A DNA stretch of 64,000 nucleotides from Vicugna vicugna (Eukaryota): the NCBI GenBank assembly GCA_013265495.1, contig MU058384.1, positions 2,357,690 to 2,421,689 on the forward strand. Direction: 5' to 3'. The notes under the pieces are model-generated. The model did no database searches. It saw nothing but the letters and a program-made list of their open reading frames with translations, and was not told the DNA's origin. The translations under genes were made by a program, and so were the position numbers. Of the stretch, positions 24,893-37,619 are shown piece by piece (position 1 is the first letter of the stretch; every line of letters begins with the position of its first letter).

Positions 24893-27800
24893 TGAGTAGG
24901 TAGAAAAAAGTGGTAATAATTACAAGGATGATCACTAGAGAGCCCATAGGAAAGGTATGAAGTACAAAGGAGATCGTGATTGAAAGAAAAGAAATTTTTT
25001 AATTTGGAATTTTATTTCAGAGTATGTTCATCCTAATCTTCTTATGTCAGAAGAATTTCAAAGTCAATTCTCAGTTTTAGGGGAGCATCTCATCTGAACC
25101 TCTTGGTTGGGGACATTTTCTTGGTTAAGGTTGGGACAAAGTTTGCATTCTTGCGTGTCAACTGCTCACCAAGCCCCCTGACAGTCCCCAGTACCCAGCA
25201 GTGACAGCTGCGGGCCAGGGGCAGCCATATCCCCTCCCAGTGCGCCGCACCCCAGGGGGCTGAGGCCGTAATGTGCTGCCATGTTGTTCCTGCATCACAT
25301 GATCCCCTGGGAACTGTGCAGCCAAGGCTTAGTGTCAGAACTGGTCAGGAATCCTCTTCACACAAGAAGTCATCGCATGGTGGGATTGTAGTCTTGTGAT
25401 GAAGCATAAATACGAATGCTTGCATTGTATCTTTCCATTTGAGGGATTCACTCCTCCTTCCATTGAAAGGGACCTATTCTGACTTTTAAAGCTACAGCTT
25501 AATGAAAAGGCAGTGCTTTTCTTTCTTTTAGATATTGCCAGCAGTGGTAGCTGAGGGGAACCCTGAACATAGGCCTGTCTCTGAATAGTTACTTGGCAGT
25601 GTTTCATCTTCTATGACTTCCTTCTGGAGTAAATCATTTGTTTAATTCCATAGAGGGTGGGAGGTGGACAAGGAAGGAGGATTTAGTGTACTGTGAGAGT
25701 TGGCGTACTGTGGCCCTGGGGGCAAGATGGATTTTTTGTTTGTTTGTTTTTTTCTGTTGTTAGTTATACAAGTCTGGCTCAAACTGTTTACTTCTAGATG
25801 TTGAGATAAGCTTTCATTATCAGTGTGTACAAATTGTCTCATAGAAAGTTTTCATTTACATCTACTCTTCAATTATTTACAAGAGCTGACAGTTGGAAAA
25901 ACTGCTGCACCCTGTCCTAGAAGCTGAAGGTCCCCGTGCGTTGTCTGGGTGACCCGTGGTAATCTGATAGGGTACACACTTGACCGCTCCTGCCCGGTCA
26001 GGGCTGCTTTAGAACACGACACAGTTCAGAGTGACTTTCCTCACAGTGGTGTATGTTTGTTGTTTTTTTTTTTCCACCTTTGTCTCTGTTCATAAGCATT
26101 GTTGTGCACCCCATTCCCAGCCAAGCCAGCAACCCCGCCAGCTCTGTGCTGTTCTCCACTGGTTTCTGATGTCAGGTTTCTGCCTGTTCCAGTTGTCCCT
26201 CTAGGTTTGAAGCAGAGGGTCAGGGCAGGAAAGGTACACATGGAAATTAACAGTCATGGTGCTCCTTTGTGGCCTTGGAGGCCACAAACACTGACAGCAC
26301 TTGAAATGAGTGCCCACTCTTGGCTGGCATTTTACACAGATGGTAAGAGAGCAATTACATGTCTGATTGGGTTGAGAGGTTTGTCCAAGCCTGTGTCCCG
26401 TTGTGTTTAACAATTTTTATTAAATTAAACACTTCCATTTGAGCTAAACTCCTCTTTAAGGATGTCAGTATATATCGAAATGTGAAATAATGTGTCTTTT
26501 GGCAAGGTCTTTTCAAATGTATTCAATCCATCCCTTTGACTCTTGGTAGAAATATAAATAAATCTTTCTTTATTAATGTGTATAATTTGACTAAGGAACT
26601 CCCAAAGAAGATGATTCTAGAACTTCCCTTATTTATATATTCTGGTGCCTCCCAGTTTTTATGCTTAACTTCTCTTTAATGTATTACTTAAATCATTCCT
26701 GAAATAATATAATTTCTTGTCCTTTTGTCAGTAGCATTGGATAAATTTCTCACCACATTCAAGTGCTAAGAACTTAATATGAAAGAGACAATAAGTCAGA
26801 AAGCTGGTATAGGTCCACCTGAGGGTTGTTATCCAGAGGCTGCTTCTCCAACCGTTTTAACTCTTGAACTTCCATCTCGACAGTAAAAGGACAAAGGCGC
26901 TGGCCAGGATGCAGTGGTGACAAAGCCCTTCTACCAGAGCTGCAGATTTCCCTCTGAGAGTGCTCATCAACCCCATGAAAACTACAATTTAAGTAAGATT
27001 ATTTATCTGATTTCCTGATGCCTGGAGCTCAGCAGGGGCAAAATGGTAGGAAGGGAGCAGTTATTGGCACATAAGATGACAGCAGAAGTTTCACTTTGAC
27101 AGCCTGACGGTGAGGGGGAGGTGGGAAAGCACTGCACAGCAAGGAATGCTGATAAAAGCTGTTCAGCATGTCTGTTTCAAAGGTCTAGGAAGAGTGCATT
27201 TGATTGTAAATTTTCGTGGGAAAAATGGTTAAGATGTTTTATTACACTGAAGATGACAGCTGAAGCTATTTGAAGAAACAGGCTATACTCTCAAAGTAGG
27301 GATTTTTCCACTGTGGGGTTACTGTGAAGATTAGCAATGATACACATGACATGCATGGCCCAAAGTAGCCGTAACCCCGATTATAGGGGCTGGCGGGTAG
27401 AGCTTATGGCTTTAGGGTTGATACTCCAGATAATTCAAGTGTATGATTCATCATGGTTGTTGCATAAATGTAGTTTGAATGAATGTGACAGCTTCCAAAA
27501 CAGCTCACTTACGATTTTCTCAGCTAATTAGAGTACATATCTAACATGGGTAGTTAAAATATAAATATTTCCTCTGAAGCTAATTTAAGGCATCATATTT
27601 TATCTTGGTCATAGGGGAACTCTGATCCAGTTGTGAAAGTAGTTAATTTATTTGACCTTCTTTTACATAAGTGAAGATACTAATAATCAAAGCCCAATAT
27701 AATAACAGAAACACAGAATAGCTAGTAGATGGAGAATTGGTTGTATGCAAGCTTATCCCTAGGTCCTGTGAATCATGGGAAATCCATTAAGTTTCTTAGA

Positions 27801-28489
27801 AGTCCAGCGTAAGTGTGTGCTTGCTTTGAGGGAGAGTTATGGACCAGTTTTCCTTCTTGGTTTCTTGGCAGTGACTATTCCTCCAGCCCCTCCCATCAGC
27901 TCTTTCCCAGATGTGTGTAGGAACGGGATACCGGAGGAAAACACACCAGTCAGTAAAAACAGCAATTCATCTGTGCTGTTGTATGTGTACCCGTGCGCAC
28001 GCTGAGAAAGCTAGGCTGGGGAAAGTGTTTAACAGCACTTCCTGAATATAAAGAACAGCACAAGGTTTATTTCAGGGCTTAGATATTTCTAAACTAAAAG
28101 TGTAACCTCAGGATGTAGACATCAGTGGGAGACCACTGTATTCCTTGTTTGGGGTCCATGGATCCTTAGAGCATGCATACGTGGATGTCAGGGGGGCCTA
28201 TGAACCTCTGAAATGGTGAGCACTATTCGGGACGTTTTGTATTTTCCAGCATGATTTGTTGTTGTTGTTGTTGTTTAAAGTGTCTTTGACTCAAAAAGAA
28301 TGTTGGATATTTGAACTTGAAGTTACCCACCGGTACTATATGTAATCATATCATTTCTGCTCTTAGAATAGTGATCAAAGTAGAGGTGTCATTCCAGTTT
28401 AATAGTGAAAGCAGGTCCAGAGTGCTTGGTGGCAGAGCCACCATCCCTAGTTAAGTGGTGGAGCTTTGAATCCCGTGGTTTCTGACGTG

Positions 28490-28610
28490 ACTCGGTCCAT
28501 TACTGAATTCTTCATGTGACATTGGTGTGTCACATATGTTCTCTGGACCTGAATTTCTCCATCAGTAAATTGAGGTGTTTTAACTACCTGATTTCTAGGG
28601 AACACTTTCA
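28490..28610 (+). mobile_element. MIR SINE fragment
   Basis: CTCTGGACCTGAATTTCTCCATCAGTAAATTGAGG core. Confidence 0.6.
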
Positions 28611-29619
28611 GGTTTTGTACAGAGTCCATATTTTTGCTGCCTGGACTGTTTCATAGCTTTGTCCTTTAGTCCTACTGCCTGTTCTCTGTCGAGGTTTCCA
28701 TGGTAGGAGGAGCTGTCCATCCTACAGACCCTTGGCAGCTGCTCTGTTTTTCTCTTCTGTAAATGTTCCAGTCCTGGTAAGTGTGTGGAGCCCTTTTCCT
28801 GCAATCTCCATGAATTGCCGTAGATGTATGATGTAAAATCCTGCTTTTATAATTTTTAGTCAAAGTTTATTTTGTATTGCAATTTGTTAGTTTTAATATA
28901 TTTGCTCAATGCTGAGTACAGGAGAGTGAGATGGACCCAATTTTCTACTTGTTGCTTAGTGACACTTTGGGGAGAGGATGCTGACCCAAATCTCTGTGGT
29001 GGGAAGTTGCAGAAGCTTTTAACATGTCTAAGACCATGGAATTATGTTGGCCTTGGATGAAATGCTGCACCCAAATGCATTCTAACATGTGGCTCTGGGG
29101 GTTTCACGTGCCCTGATTAAGGGTTTACAAAGAGGTAAGAGCCTGCAGCTAATTGCTACTAGTATAGATCTTAGATTGTGGTTATCTGTGATAGGAAGAT
29201 TATTCAAAGCTAGAGAGGAATGACCCCCTCAACACACACCAGGGGCTGCTGGAGGTGGGGGCAGGCAGGAGCTCCGGCTGCTCGTGGGAGACAGGAGAGA
29301 CAATGACAGGGGCAAGAATGGCTGCCTCTCACCTTCGCTCAAAGCCAGGAGTGACATAATAGCTGGGTCGTTTTATTCCCTTTGGAAGTACATTTCCTTA
29401 AATTATGACGTTCCCAACTCCACCTGAGAACTAGATGTGTGTATAACTACACAGTCTTTGAAAGCTCCTTCTCACAGCCCTGCTTTCAGAAGTGTGGTCT
29501 GATGATAATTAATCAAGGTTTTGGTTTTTTAAAAAATCTCTGGAAGTCTGTATTCTGCACAGACTTGCATTTCTGTAGCTTTGCTGGAGTTCAGAAGTTT
29601 GTGCTGCCTCTGAAGTGTT

Positions 29620-30425
29620 GGCTGGGGAGAGGCGGGGTTTTCTGTCTCCAATGAGGTGCCTTCAGCACCCGGAAAGCCTATTGCCTTTCACGGGAGCGCT
29701 CGCTCTGTAATCCAAGCAATAGCCACGCAGCCTGCTTTATTGTTTGTGGAGTCCTGTGGCTCCCGAGCAGTTCACAGACGGGAAGGAGGGCAAGTGGGCG
29801 GTTTATGATTCTGCGCTGTGCTGGGACAAGTGAGCGAAACTCTTTGATTTCTCCCAAGTCACCTGTGTGGGTGAACTTTAAACTGAGCGCCTGGGTTGAT
29901 GCTGAATCTCGTTCTCCAGCCTGAGGAGTTCCTTCTGTCTGCAGCAGACGGCTGGCTTTCTGCCCTTGTGGGGAAAGATGCCTGGGAGAGGAGTAGGATT
30001 ACAGTATGGGATGCTAGGTACACACCAAAGATTCGGAGTGCCTTGGTTCTGCTCTTCGCCAAGTCCTGACAAGTGTTTCTGAAATGAACACTCTGCTTCA
30101 TTTTTAAAATTATACTTTTAGTTATTTTTATTTTTTCAGGGGAGACTCTGGATATTTCTGATCTAGAAACCAAGTACCACAATGTGGCTAGGGTAAAAAA
30201 AAAATTTTTTTTTTTTTTTTGGTTTCCTAACCCTTCATTTTCCTTTTCTTTGTAATTGGGTGACACAGAGCGATCTTTCAGCAGGATGCCCTGCCTGCCT
30301 CTCAGTATTGTCTGAATAAGTGCGAAAGAGCAGGTTCATTTAAAGGACCTGGAACAATTTTTTAAAACGAGCTTTTTGTTTGCTGGGCTGTCCTTTGTCT
30401 ACAGCCGATTCTGATGTGAAAGAAG
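29620..30425 (+). promoter_or_regulatory. NHSL1: Promoter/5'UTR region of the NHSL1 MKKEG first exon
   Basis: No recognisable interspersed repeat, raised GC/CpG, GC boxes (GAGGCGGGG ~29628, GTGGGCGG ~29794) and CCAAT ~29648, directly upstream of the ATG. The TSS cannot be determined from sequence. Confidence 0.55.
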
Positions 30426-30627
30426 ATGAAAAAGGAAGGCTCTTCAGGTTCCTTCAGACTCAAGTCAAATCCAGGTTCCCTCTCCCGTGCTGTGAGTTGG
30501 ATAAATTTCTCCTCCTTGTCCAGGCAGACAAAGAGGCTGTTCCGCAGCGATGGAGAGCTCTCGGTTTGTGGGCAGCAGGTGGAAGCAGATGATGAAAACT
30601 GGACATACAGAACCCAGCCCGGGAAAG
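30426..30627 (+). CDS. NHSL1: NHSL1 alternative first coding exon (MKKEG... isoform): 67 codons + 1 nt, phase-1 donor
   Basis: Translates to MKKEGSSGSFRLKSNPGSLSRAVSWINFSSLSRQTKRLFRSDGELSVCGQQVEADDENWTYRTQPGK. This closely matches the human NHSL1 N-terminus as recalled (MKKEGSSGSFRLQPNTGSLSRAVSWINFSSLSRQTKRLFRSDGELSVCGQQVEVDDENWIYRAQPRK-AVSNLDEESRW). The match ends exactly at the donor AAG|GTGACT; 202 nt = 67x3+1. Confidence 0.93.
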
Positions 30628-33600
30628 GTGACTTGATTTTTTTTTTTTCATTTAAACAGTTTTAGAAATTTGCTATGTAGAATTCTTTGTTTCTGTCATT
30701 GATTTCCCTTCAGGACTTTTGGCCCCATGAGGAGTTTTTGTGTGTTTTTATATTGGAATTCAGTGTCACTCATTTGCTTCCATGTCTAACATAAAAGTGC
30801 TCCTCCAGTAGATTCAGCTTGAGGTTGTGTCCTTCCAAGAGGAATAAAATAGCTGTTATTTGTCCTCAGCACTCTCTCCCCCTCCTCATCAGATCCGCAT
30901 GCTCATGTGACTTGTGAAAAGTTCAGTGGTAAACCTGGTAAACCACCATCGTAGAAGGAATCTTCTGCTCTTTACAGCACTTGGAAGTTAGGACGTGGAG
31001 CTCTTTTCTGAAACAGTGCCCCGAGAAAACTTCGGGAATCCTGGATGCTCTAGTTGCATTTTTCTTTAAGAAGACCGGTGAATTACTCGAACCCTTGAAT
31101 TAAACAGGTGTTGGGGGTGACATCGAGGAAATGAACACATGAAGCGCTGGCCCTTGGTGTTGTGACCAGAAGGAGTTTTTGGATTTCTTTCAAGTTCCTT
31201 TTCAGACCAAGGCTGGTCCCTGTTCTCAGGTTTAGCATGTTATGCCTTCTTCAGGGTGGAAAAGAAGTATCAGTCCTGGTGGAAGAGGGGGGGTTGCCTC
31301 AGTATTTCTTAAACACACCCCTATTTTGTATTTAGAGTTTCTGAGGTCTTCCTCTTACATTGCCAGAGAGCCCGAATAGTTAGGCTTTAAAATGGTTTCT
31401 CCATTCAGCGCTGGGGCACAGCCCAGCGGGGGGAGCGCTATTTAAGACTTACAAAGGAGCCTCGTCCAGACATTCCGCGTGATTGTGTTTTCCCTGTGTA
31501 TCACATTCTTCCCGTGCCAAGAAAAACCGCTCTGAAATCTTTCAGGGACCTGTCCTCTCCCTTCTTTGGGGAAGCAAAACTGCTGCAGTGTGAGAGAGTC
31601 AGCTAAGTCCAATCTGTGCTTTACGGGTGCAGTAATTATACACCACGGACTGAGAATTAAACGCACCCTGCTTCATGGATAATGCGTGTTAAGCCATTTG
31701 CTCTTGTCTGTTAAACTATGGCACAAGAGGGACTCGTTCATACTCTTTGAAGATGTCAGTTGTTTATCATGTCAGGAAGGTGGTCCATGGCGGTCTGCGG
31801 ATACTGAGCTGAAATACACGGATTTTTAGTTCAGATGCTGTGTAATTGCCAGGCGTAGAAAAGGCGTTTGCTTTCTGGCTGGAGTTGTGTAGTTTAGTTA
31901 AGTCCATGAACTTTATTTACTTTTCTAAATCAGGAATAAGCTGTGGTTTTGGTAAATGGGTGGGTTGTAATGTTCAAAGGGTGGGTACAGTAGTGCTGTG
32001 GTTGAGAGAGGGTGTAGTTTTAATTCCTTTGGCCTTTGCCAGAGGTTGTTTTTTTATGACTTGTTTTGTTTTAAATCAACCGCCAGTCAAGTTTCTGTTA
32101 AAGACTGTACACATGTGAGCCTGTCGCTTTAGGATTTCTATCATAGCTGCTCCATGTAAATTAACATTAAAGGGAAAGCGACTGAATTTGCATGGATTAG
32201 CTTTAGTTGGGAAATGAAGCAAATACTGTACACTTGACTTGTGTAAAATAAAGACATCATTGTGAAGAACAGGGGCAACTTGTAAAGGGAAGGAGGATTT
32301 GTTTATGTAACAACACAAAAGATTGTGCCCTTTATCCCTTAATGTAATAGGAAATAGAGTAGCCTCATGAAGATAAATGGAGGCATAATATGATCTGTAA
32401 ATTTATGTGGTTCTTAGAAATAATTGAACATGGATAATATTAGCACTTCTGACTTATGTAGTTAGAGGGAAATCCTTAAAAAGCTGCCTATGGAGCAGAA
32501 TTCTTGGTCTTAGATTGTTTTCATATTTGACTTTCAAAAGAAAATTGACTCCCACCTTTGATATGTTGCCTCGGGGGCATTATAACAGTTGATCTTTATT
32601 CCGCATAATTCTTCCCTTTGGAGAAATACAGAGTGACGTTTGTTTACACTTCCAGATCAAAAGAGGAAAAATCTTTCAGAAAAGTTATGCAGGATTGGAG
32701 TTTTGTTTTGCTTTGTTTTTAGGAGCATCAAATAAGCTACAAGCCTAGCAAGGATTATCAGTCAGTGCTAAGGATGCCCAATGGCCATATTAGGATTCAG
32801 CTGCAAATAAATATGCATTGAAGACAAATTGGTCTGATGGGGATCGTGTGGCATCTTTCTTTTCTTTCAGATCTGTCTGCCTGGACCATAAGCATCCAAA
32901 CCCACTTTCCTTTCAGCCTGCTCCCCAACCCCCTTGCCTTATAGTCGCATTTTTTGATTTATACAGGTTTCTAAAAACCTGCTCTCATCCTTTCCCCTGC
33001 ATATATACACCACCATGAAGCAGTGACAGCCAGAGGTAGGGCAGTGTAGCTTAACAAGTCAGCCTCGCTTCAGGAGTCCTGTCCTTGTTCTTCCCCCTAC
33101 CCCCCTACCCAGGGATCTCTGTCTGATGGGGTATCCGGTTCTGCAGGCTTTCTTCCTCCCAGCCAGCAGCTGCTGCAAGGCCAGAGTGCTTGCCCTGCTC
33201 CCTGCCCACCATCTCCCAGTCCCATGGCTTTGCACAACTAGCCCACAGAATCCCTTCTAACAGTGTGGATAGTATGTTGCATAAGATGCACTTTCATTTT
33301 ATAAAACAGTTCTCTCAAGTTTGGTTTTAGAAGTTCTTTTTACAGTGAGTCTCCAGGCTGAATTGCATATCAGTAACCTCAAAATGAAGTTTTTAGGTGG
33401 TTACTCTCATGGAGATCTGTCAGTGCACAGACTCACAGCTTTACGATTCCATGTTGTCACTTACACTTAAGAAGCTCAGGAGAAAATTCCTGAGCCTGAA
33501 ACATAACTAGGAGATACATATTGATAGGCCCAAAGCAACCACAAATAGGGACCTGTATGCTTTCTTTTGTTCTAGCACATGGTGAGTTTCAAAACTCTCT

Positions 33601-35357
33601 TGTATTGACGGTTATTCTCTGGAAGGTAAAAATGAATTGAGTAACAGCAGTGATCCGTCCTTATATTCTTAGTGTAATGTGACCCACTAGAATAGCAGAT
33701 GATGTTTCGACTTAATTAGCCATAAAAATCAAGGGTGTGAAGCATGCCCTTCTGAATATTCCATTTAGTGAATCCCGAGCCGTTGCACTAGATGCCTGTG
33801 AAGTCAGAAAGTGGAAGTCCATCATAGATGAGACAGCGTGTCACTTTTCACGTGGAGTTGTGAGAGCGTTTGGAAGGAATTCTCACTGAGTACCATGTGT
33901 GTGGTATACAAAGAAATGTAGCACACAGGCCCTGAAGTCACGAAGTTCATACTTTAACGGAGAAGCAGATCAGACACCTAAGGGAGAACTAAAGAGAAAA
34001 TGCAGGATCATTGTGGGAAAAGTGTAAAATGGCCTAGATGAAAAGATACTTTATCTGGAGTGTTTTCATGTTTCGCATGGTCTTCTGGCTGTTGCATTGA
34101 TTTAAACAATATTTAATGAGCTCCTGCTTTGTTTCCAGCACTGTGGAGGGGTCTCAAGGGGAACTAATGACCAAGCAGTATTTATTCTGCACTCCCCCTA
34201 TCTTGCTCACTTACTCTTCTCTTGTCAAATAAAACCAGAAGAGGTGGGATTATAATGGGGCATCCTCTCACTGAGCAGAGCATGTTTTGTTGAAGCCCCA
34301 GTTCTCTGTTCAGCTGGGCAGAGGCGTGATTGATGATCCTGGTATTGGCAGGTCAGCAGATTGGGTAATTGACATGCAAAGCCTCAGTTTAAACAATGCT
34401 TTCATTCTCTTCTTCTGGACATTACCATGTGTACTGATAACATTACAAAATTTGAATCATTTGAATTTTATTCCCTCCTTTCCCAAAAACTACAAAAATG
34501 ACCAGAAATGGCCTTACTATGTATCAAGGGTAATGAAAAATCTGTATACTAGATAATCAATTGTTGACTGTGGGAGTTGGCTGGGTTTAAAATAATTTCA
34601 CCCCAAATGTCCTCCCTAATAAAATAATTGCAGAAAACAGAATCCTTGTGCATAATTAGATTAGCAGTGACTTCAGATATTACAATGGAGAAAAACAGCC
34701 TGGCAGACCAGAAGCAGCAAGGTCAAGGTCCCGTTTCTATGTAAATAGCTGTAATTTACTTTTGATCATAAAATCTTTATTATTTGAGATTTAAGAACAT
34801 TTCCTTTGTGGCATTAAAAAAATCTTAAAGTTTTGACGAGTATTGTCAAAGCAGCACCTCAAATTTGAGAGTGAAACTGAATAAGTAGCATTTATTCTGA
34901 GGGTCACTGTTATGTTGGAAAAATAGTTAATGGAGCTTTTCTTGGTGTCTTAATAAAAGAGATAAGAAGAATATTCTCAGTGCCATGAATGTGACGTTTT
35001 CTTTCTTTCCACTGAAGCTGATGTTCTGTGAAAGAGACCAGCAGTGAGTGCCACGTAATATTTTATCTGGTTCATCGAGACTGCTTCTTATTAACCTTTG
35101 CTTATTTTTTTCTTTCGAAGTTTGGAATCTCTGTTATCTCGCTGCCTTGTTTTATTGCAAAAATGATTCTATTTGTTATTAAATTGATGACATTCTATTG
35201 AAGTGGCATTTTATCAAATACCTTCCTTTATTTACTTGTTTTTAAAAGTTTGTTTTGAGAGTTAAATGCTTATTTAGATTACTAGGAATATGTCAGAGCA
35301 ATGCAGGAAGTCACTTATTATCATAGCTTGAGTTTGGAAGTGAGTAACCTGTGTTCT

Positions 35358-35414
35358 CTTTTTCTTTCAAATTTAATTAATTAGCTAATTAATTAATTGA
35401 AGTATTGTTGATAC
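35358..35414 (-). mobile_element. Ultra-short L1 3'-end insertion with TSD
   Basis: T/AT-rich tail + TTGAAGTATTGTTGATAC (antisense L1 terminus), flanked by AACCTGTGTTCT (35346-35357) / AACCTGTGTGCT (35415-35426). Confidence 0.6.
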
Positions 35415-35699
35415 AACCTGTGTGCTTTTTCATGAAAATGTCTTTACTGGTTTTGTAAACCTTTTTGAAATCTTTTCCAACAGTTATTTAAAAAATAAAT
35501 TTAAAAGACACTACATTAATTAGGGTTAATTTTTATGTCTTGCAATTTATATAATTATGTATTATATGATATTCATGGAAAGTGTTATATTTCTATGTAA
35601 TTTCTGGGGTTTGGGATTTAACTATCATATTTTCTATCAAATTAAAAGCTTTTTTTTTAACCATTCCTATCAAAAGCTTCAGTTAGCTCTGATCTTGTC

Positions 35700-37250
35700 G
35701 GTTTGACCTGAAGGCTGTTGTGTCTGCACCCACTCGTCCACCCTCGCTGTGGGCCAGGCCCTCATCAGCTCTTGCCTGGCCTTCTGAATGGTCTTCTCCT
35801 CTTTCTTGTTATCTGTACTCCTGTCCGTCTCTGAGCCATCCTTGAGTCAACACCGTAATCAGAGTAATCTTCCTAAAATACAAATGCAGTAGTCCCCCCT
35901 TATTCACGGTTTCACTTTCCACGGTTTCAGTTACCTGTGGCCAACTGTGGTCCGAAAATATTAAATGGAAAATTCCAGAAATAATTCATACGTTTTAAAT
36001 TGCACGCCGTTCTGAATAGCATGATGAAATCTCCCGCCATCGAGCCCCGCTGTCCCGCTGGAGACGTGAATCATCCCTTTGTCCAGTGGATCCCACCCGT
36101 CAGTCATTTCGTAGCCGTCTGGTCTCAGTTATCAGATCGACCGTCACAGTATCACAGTGCTTGGGTTCTAGTCACTCTCATTTGACTTAATAATGGCCCC
36201 AAAGTGCAAAAGTACTGATGCTGGCAATTTGGATATGCCAAAGAGAGGCTGTAAAGTGGTTCCTATAAGGGAAAAGGTGAACTTCTTGACTTGATAAGGG
36301 AAGAAAAAAAAATCGTAAACTGAGATTGTTAAGATCTACGTAAGAAGGAACTGTCTATCTGTGAAGTTGTGAGGAAGGAAAAAGAAATCGTGCTGGTTTT
36401 GCTGTTGCACCTCAGACTGCAAAAGTTATGGCCACAGTGTGTGATGAGCGCTTAATTAAGATGGAAAAGACATTAAATTTGTACATGAAGATATTTTGAA
36501 AGAGAGAACAGGAGAGACCACATCCGTATGACTTTTATTACAGTCAGTTGTTACAATTGTTCTATTTTGTTATTAGTTGTTGCTGTTTCTCTCTTTCTGT
36601 GCCTAATTTATAAATTAAACTATCACAGTTATGTGTGTGTAGGAAAAACAGGGTGTATGTAGGATTCGGCATTATCCTTGGTTTCAGGCATCCACTGGGG
36701 GTCTTGGAACGTATATCCCGTGGATAAAAGGGGACTCCTATGTAATGGGGTCATTCTTTTGTGGTTCCCAGTGCACATGGAATGAGGTTTTTATCATTTA
36801 ACATAGCATGAAACCTCCTCGATCTGCACCTTCCCCCCTTTTAAAAAAAACTCCAGAAATAACAAACAGACCCAGAGCTCTTTCACAGCTGCAGAACGTT
36901 CCTGTCCCATTCCCTGCCTTTTCCATTCCGTGTGTCAGGATGCTCTGGTCCCCTCCTCTGCCGCTGACTTCCTACTTAACCATCTGGGCTTCCTATAAAA
37001 CCCTGTGAAGTCTCTCCTGGTCCCTGGAGGGCAGAGCTGATGACTCCCTTTTTTCTATGTTATTTCTCCACCTCCGACATACCTCTGTAGTTGTGTTTAT
37101 CACACGCTGTGTTTTACTTATTTGTTTACTTGTCTGTGTCTTGAGTTGAGCTAGACTGTGAATTCTCTTAGGACAGAGACCAAGTCTTACTTATCTTTTT
37201 TATCCCAAAAGTTAAGTGTCTCATAAAGGGTTGCTGACTGGATGAATGTA
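35700..37250 (+). mobile_element. L2 LINE, split by MER44
   Basis: L2-like pyrimidine-rich body on both sides of MER44; 3' end CTAGACTGTGAATTCTCTTAGGACAGAGACC...GGATGAATG. Confidence 0.7.
35887..36740 (+). mobile_element. MER44 / Tigger7-derived DNA transposon, inserted into an L2
   Basis: TIRs CAGTAGTCCCCCCTTATTC ... GGATAAAAGGGGACTCCTA. Internal remnant of the CENP-B-type HTH N-terminus of the transposase from ~36235 (ATGCCAAAGAGAGGCTGTAAAGTG...). Confidence 0.88.
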
Positions 37251-37619
37251 ACTCTTCGGGGACACTGTTAATAGCACTGCTTGCCCAGACCAACATGCCG
37301 TATAGTACTTTCTGAATTTGCTTAAAGCATGGTGGGTTATAGGTAGCACTGTGCGCTTACTTTGTGGATTATAGTGATGAATGTAATCTTGCCAGTGCTC
37401 CTGACTCTGAACTTTTCCAAGTACAGCAAAAGAGGGGGTACAGTTTGTGGGAACAGCATTTTGGTGGCAGTCTGCTGTTTACTGTCGCTCCACTCAAGCC
37501 GTGCATGTATCAGGCACTTTGTAGAAGCATTTGATCCTGTTTTGACCACAAGTCAGGTTGACCCAGTGAACAGAGATGAGGCAGGGGCTGGAGGACTCCG
37601 TGCCTGATGAGGAGAGGCA

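Noticed and set aside
30628..30665. C-terminal tail GDLIFFFSFKQF of the 79-aa ORF
   Set aside because: Intronic read-through past the donor at 30627.
31420..31440. CTCF-like CCCAGCGGGGGGAGCGC
   Set aside because: Two mismatches at highly informative core positions; too weak without ChIP data.
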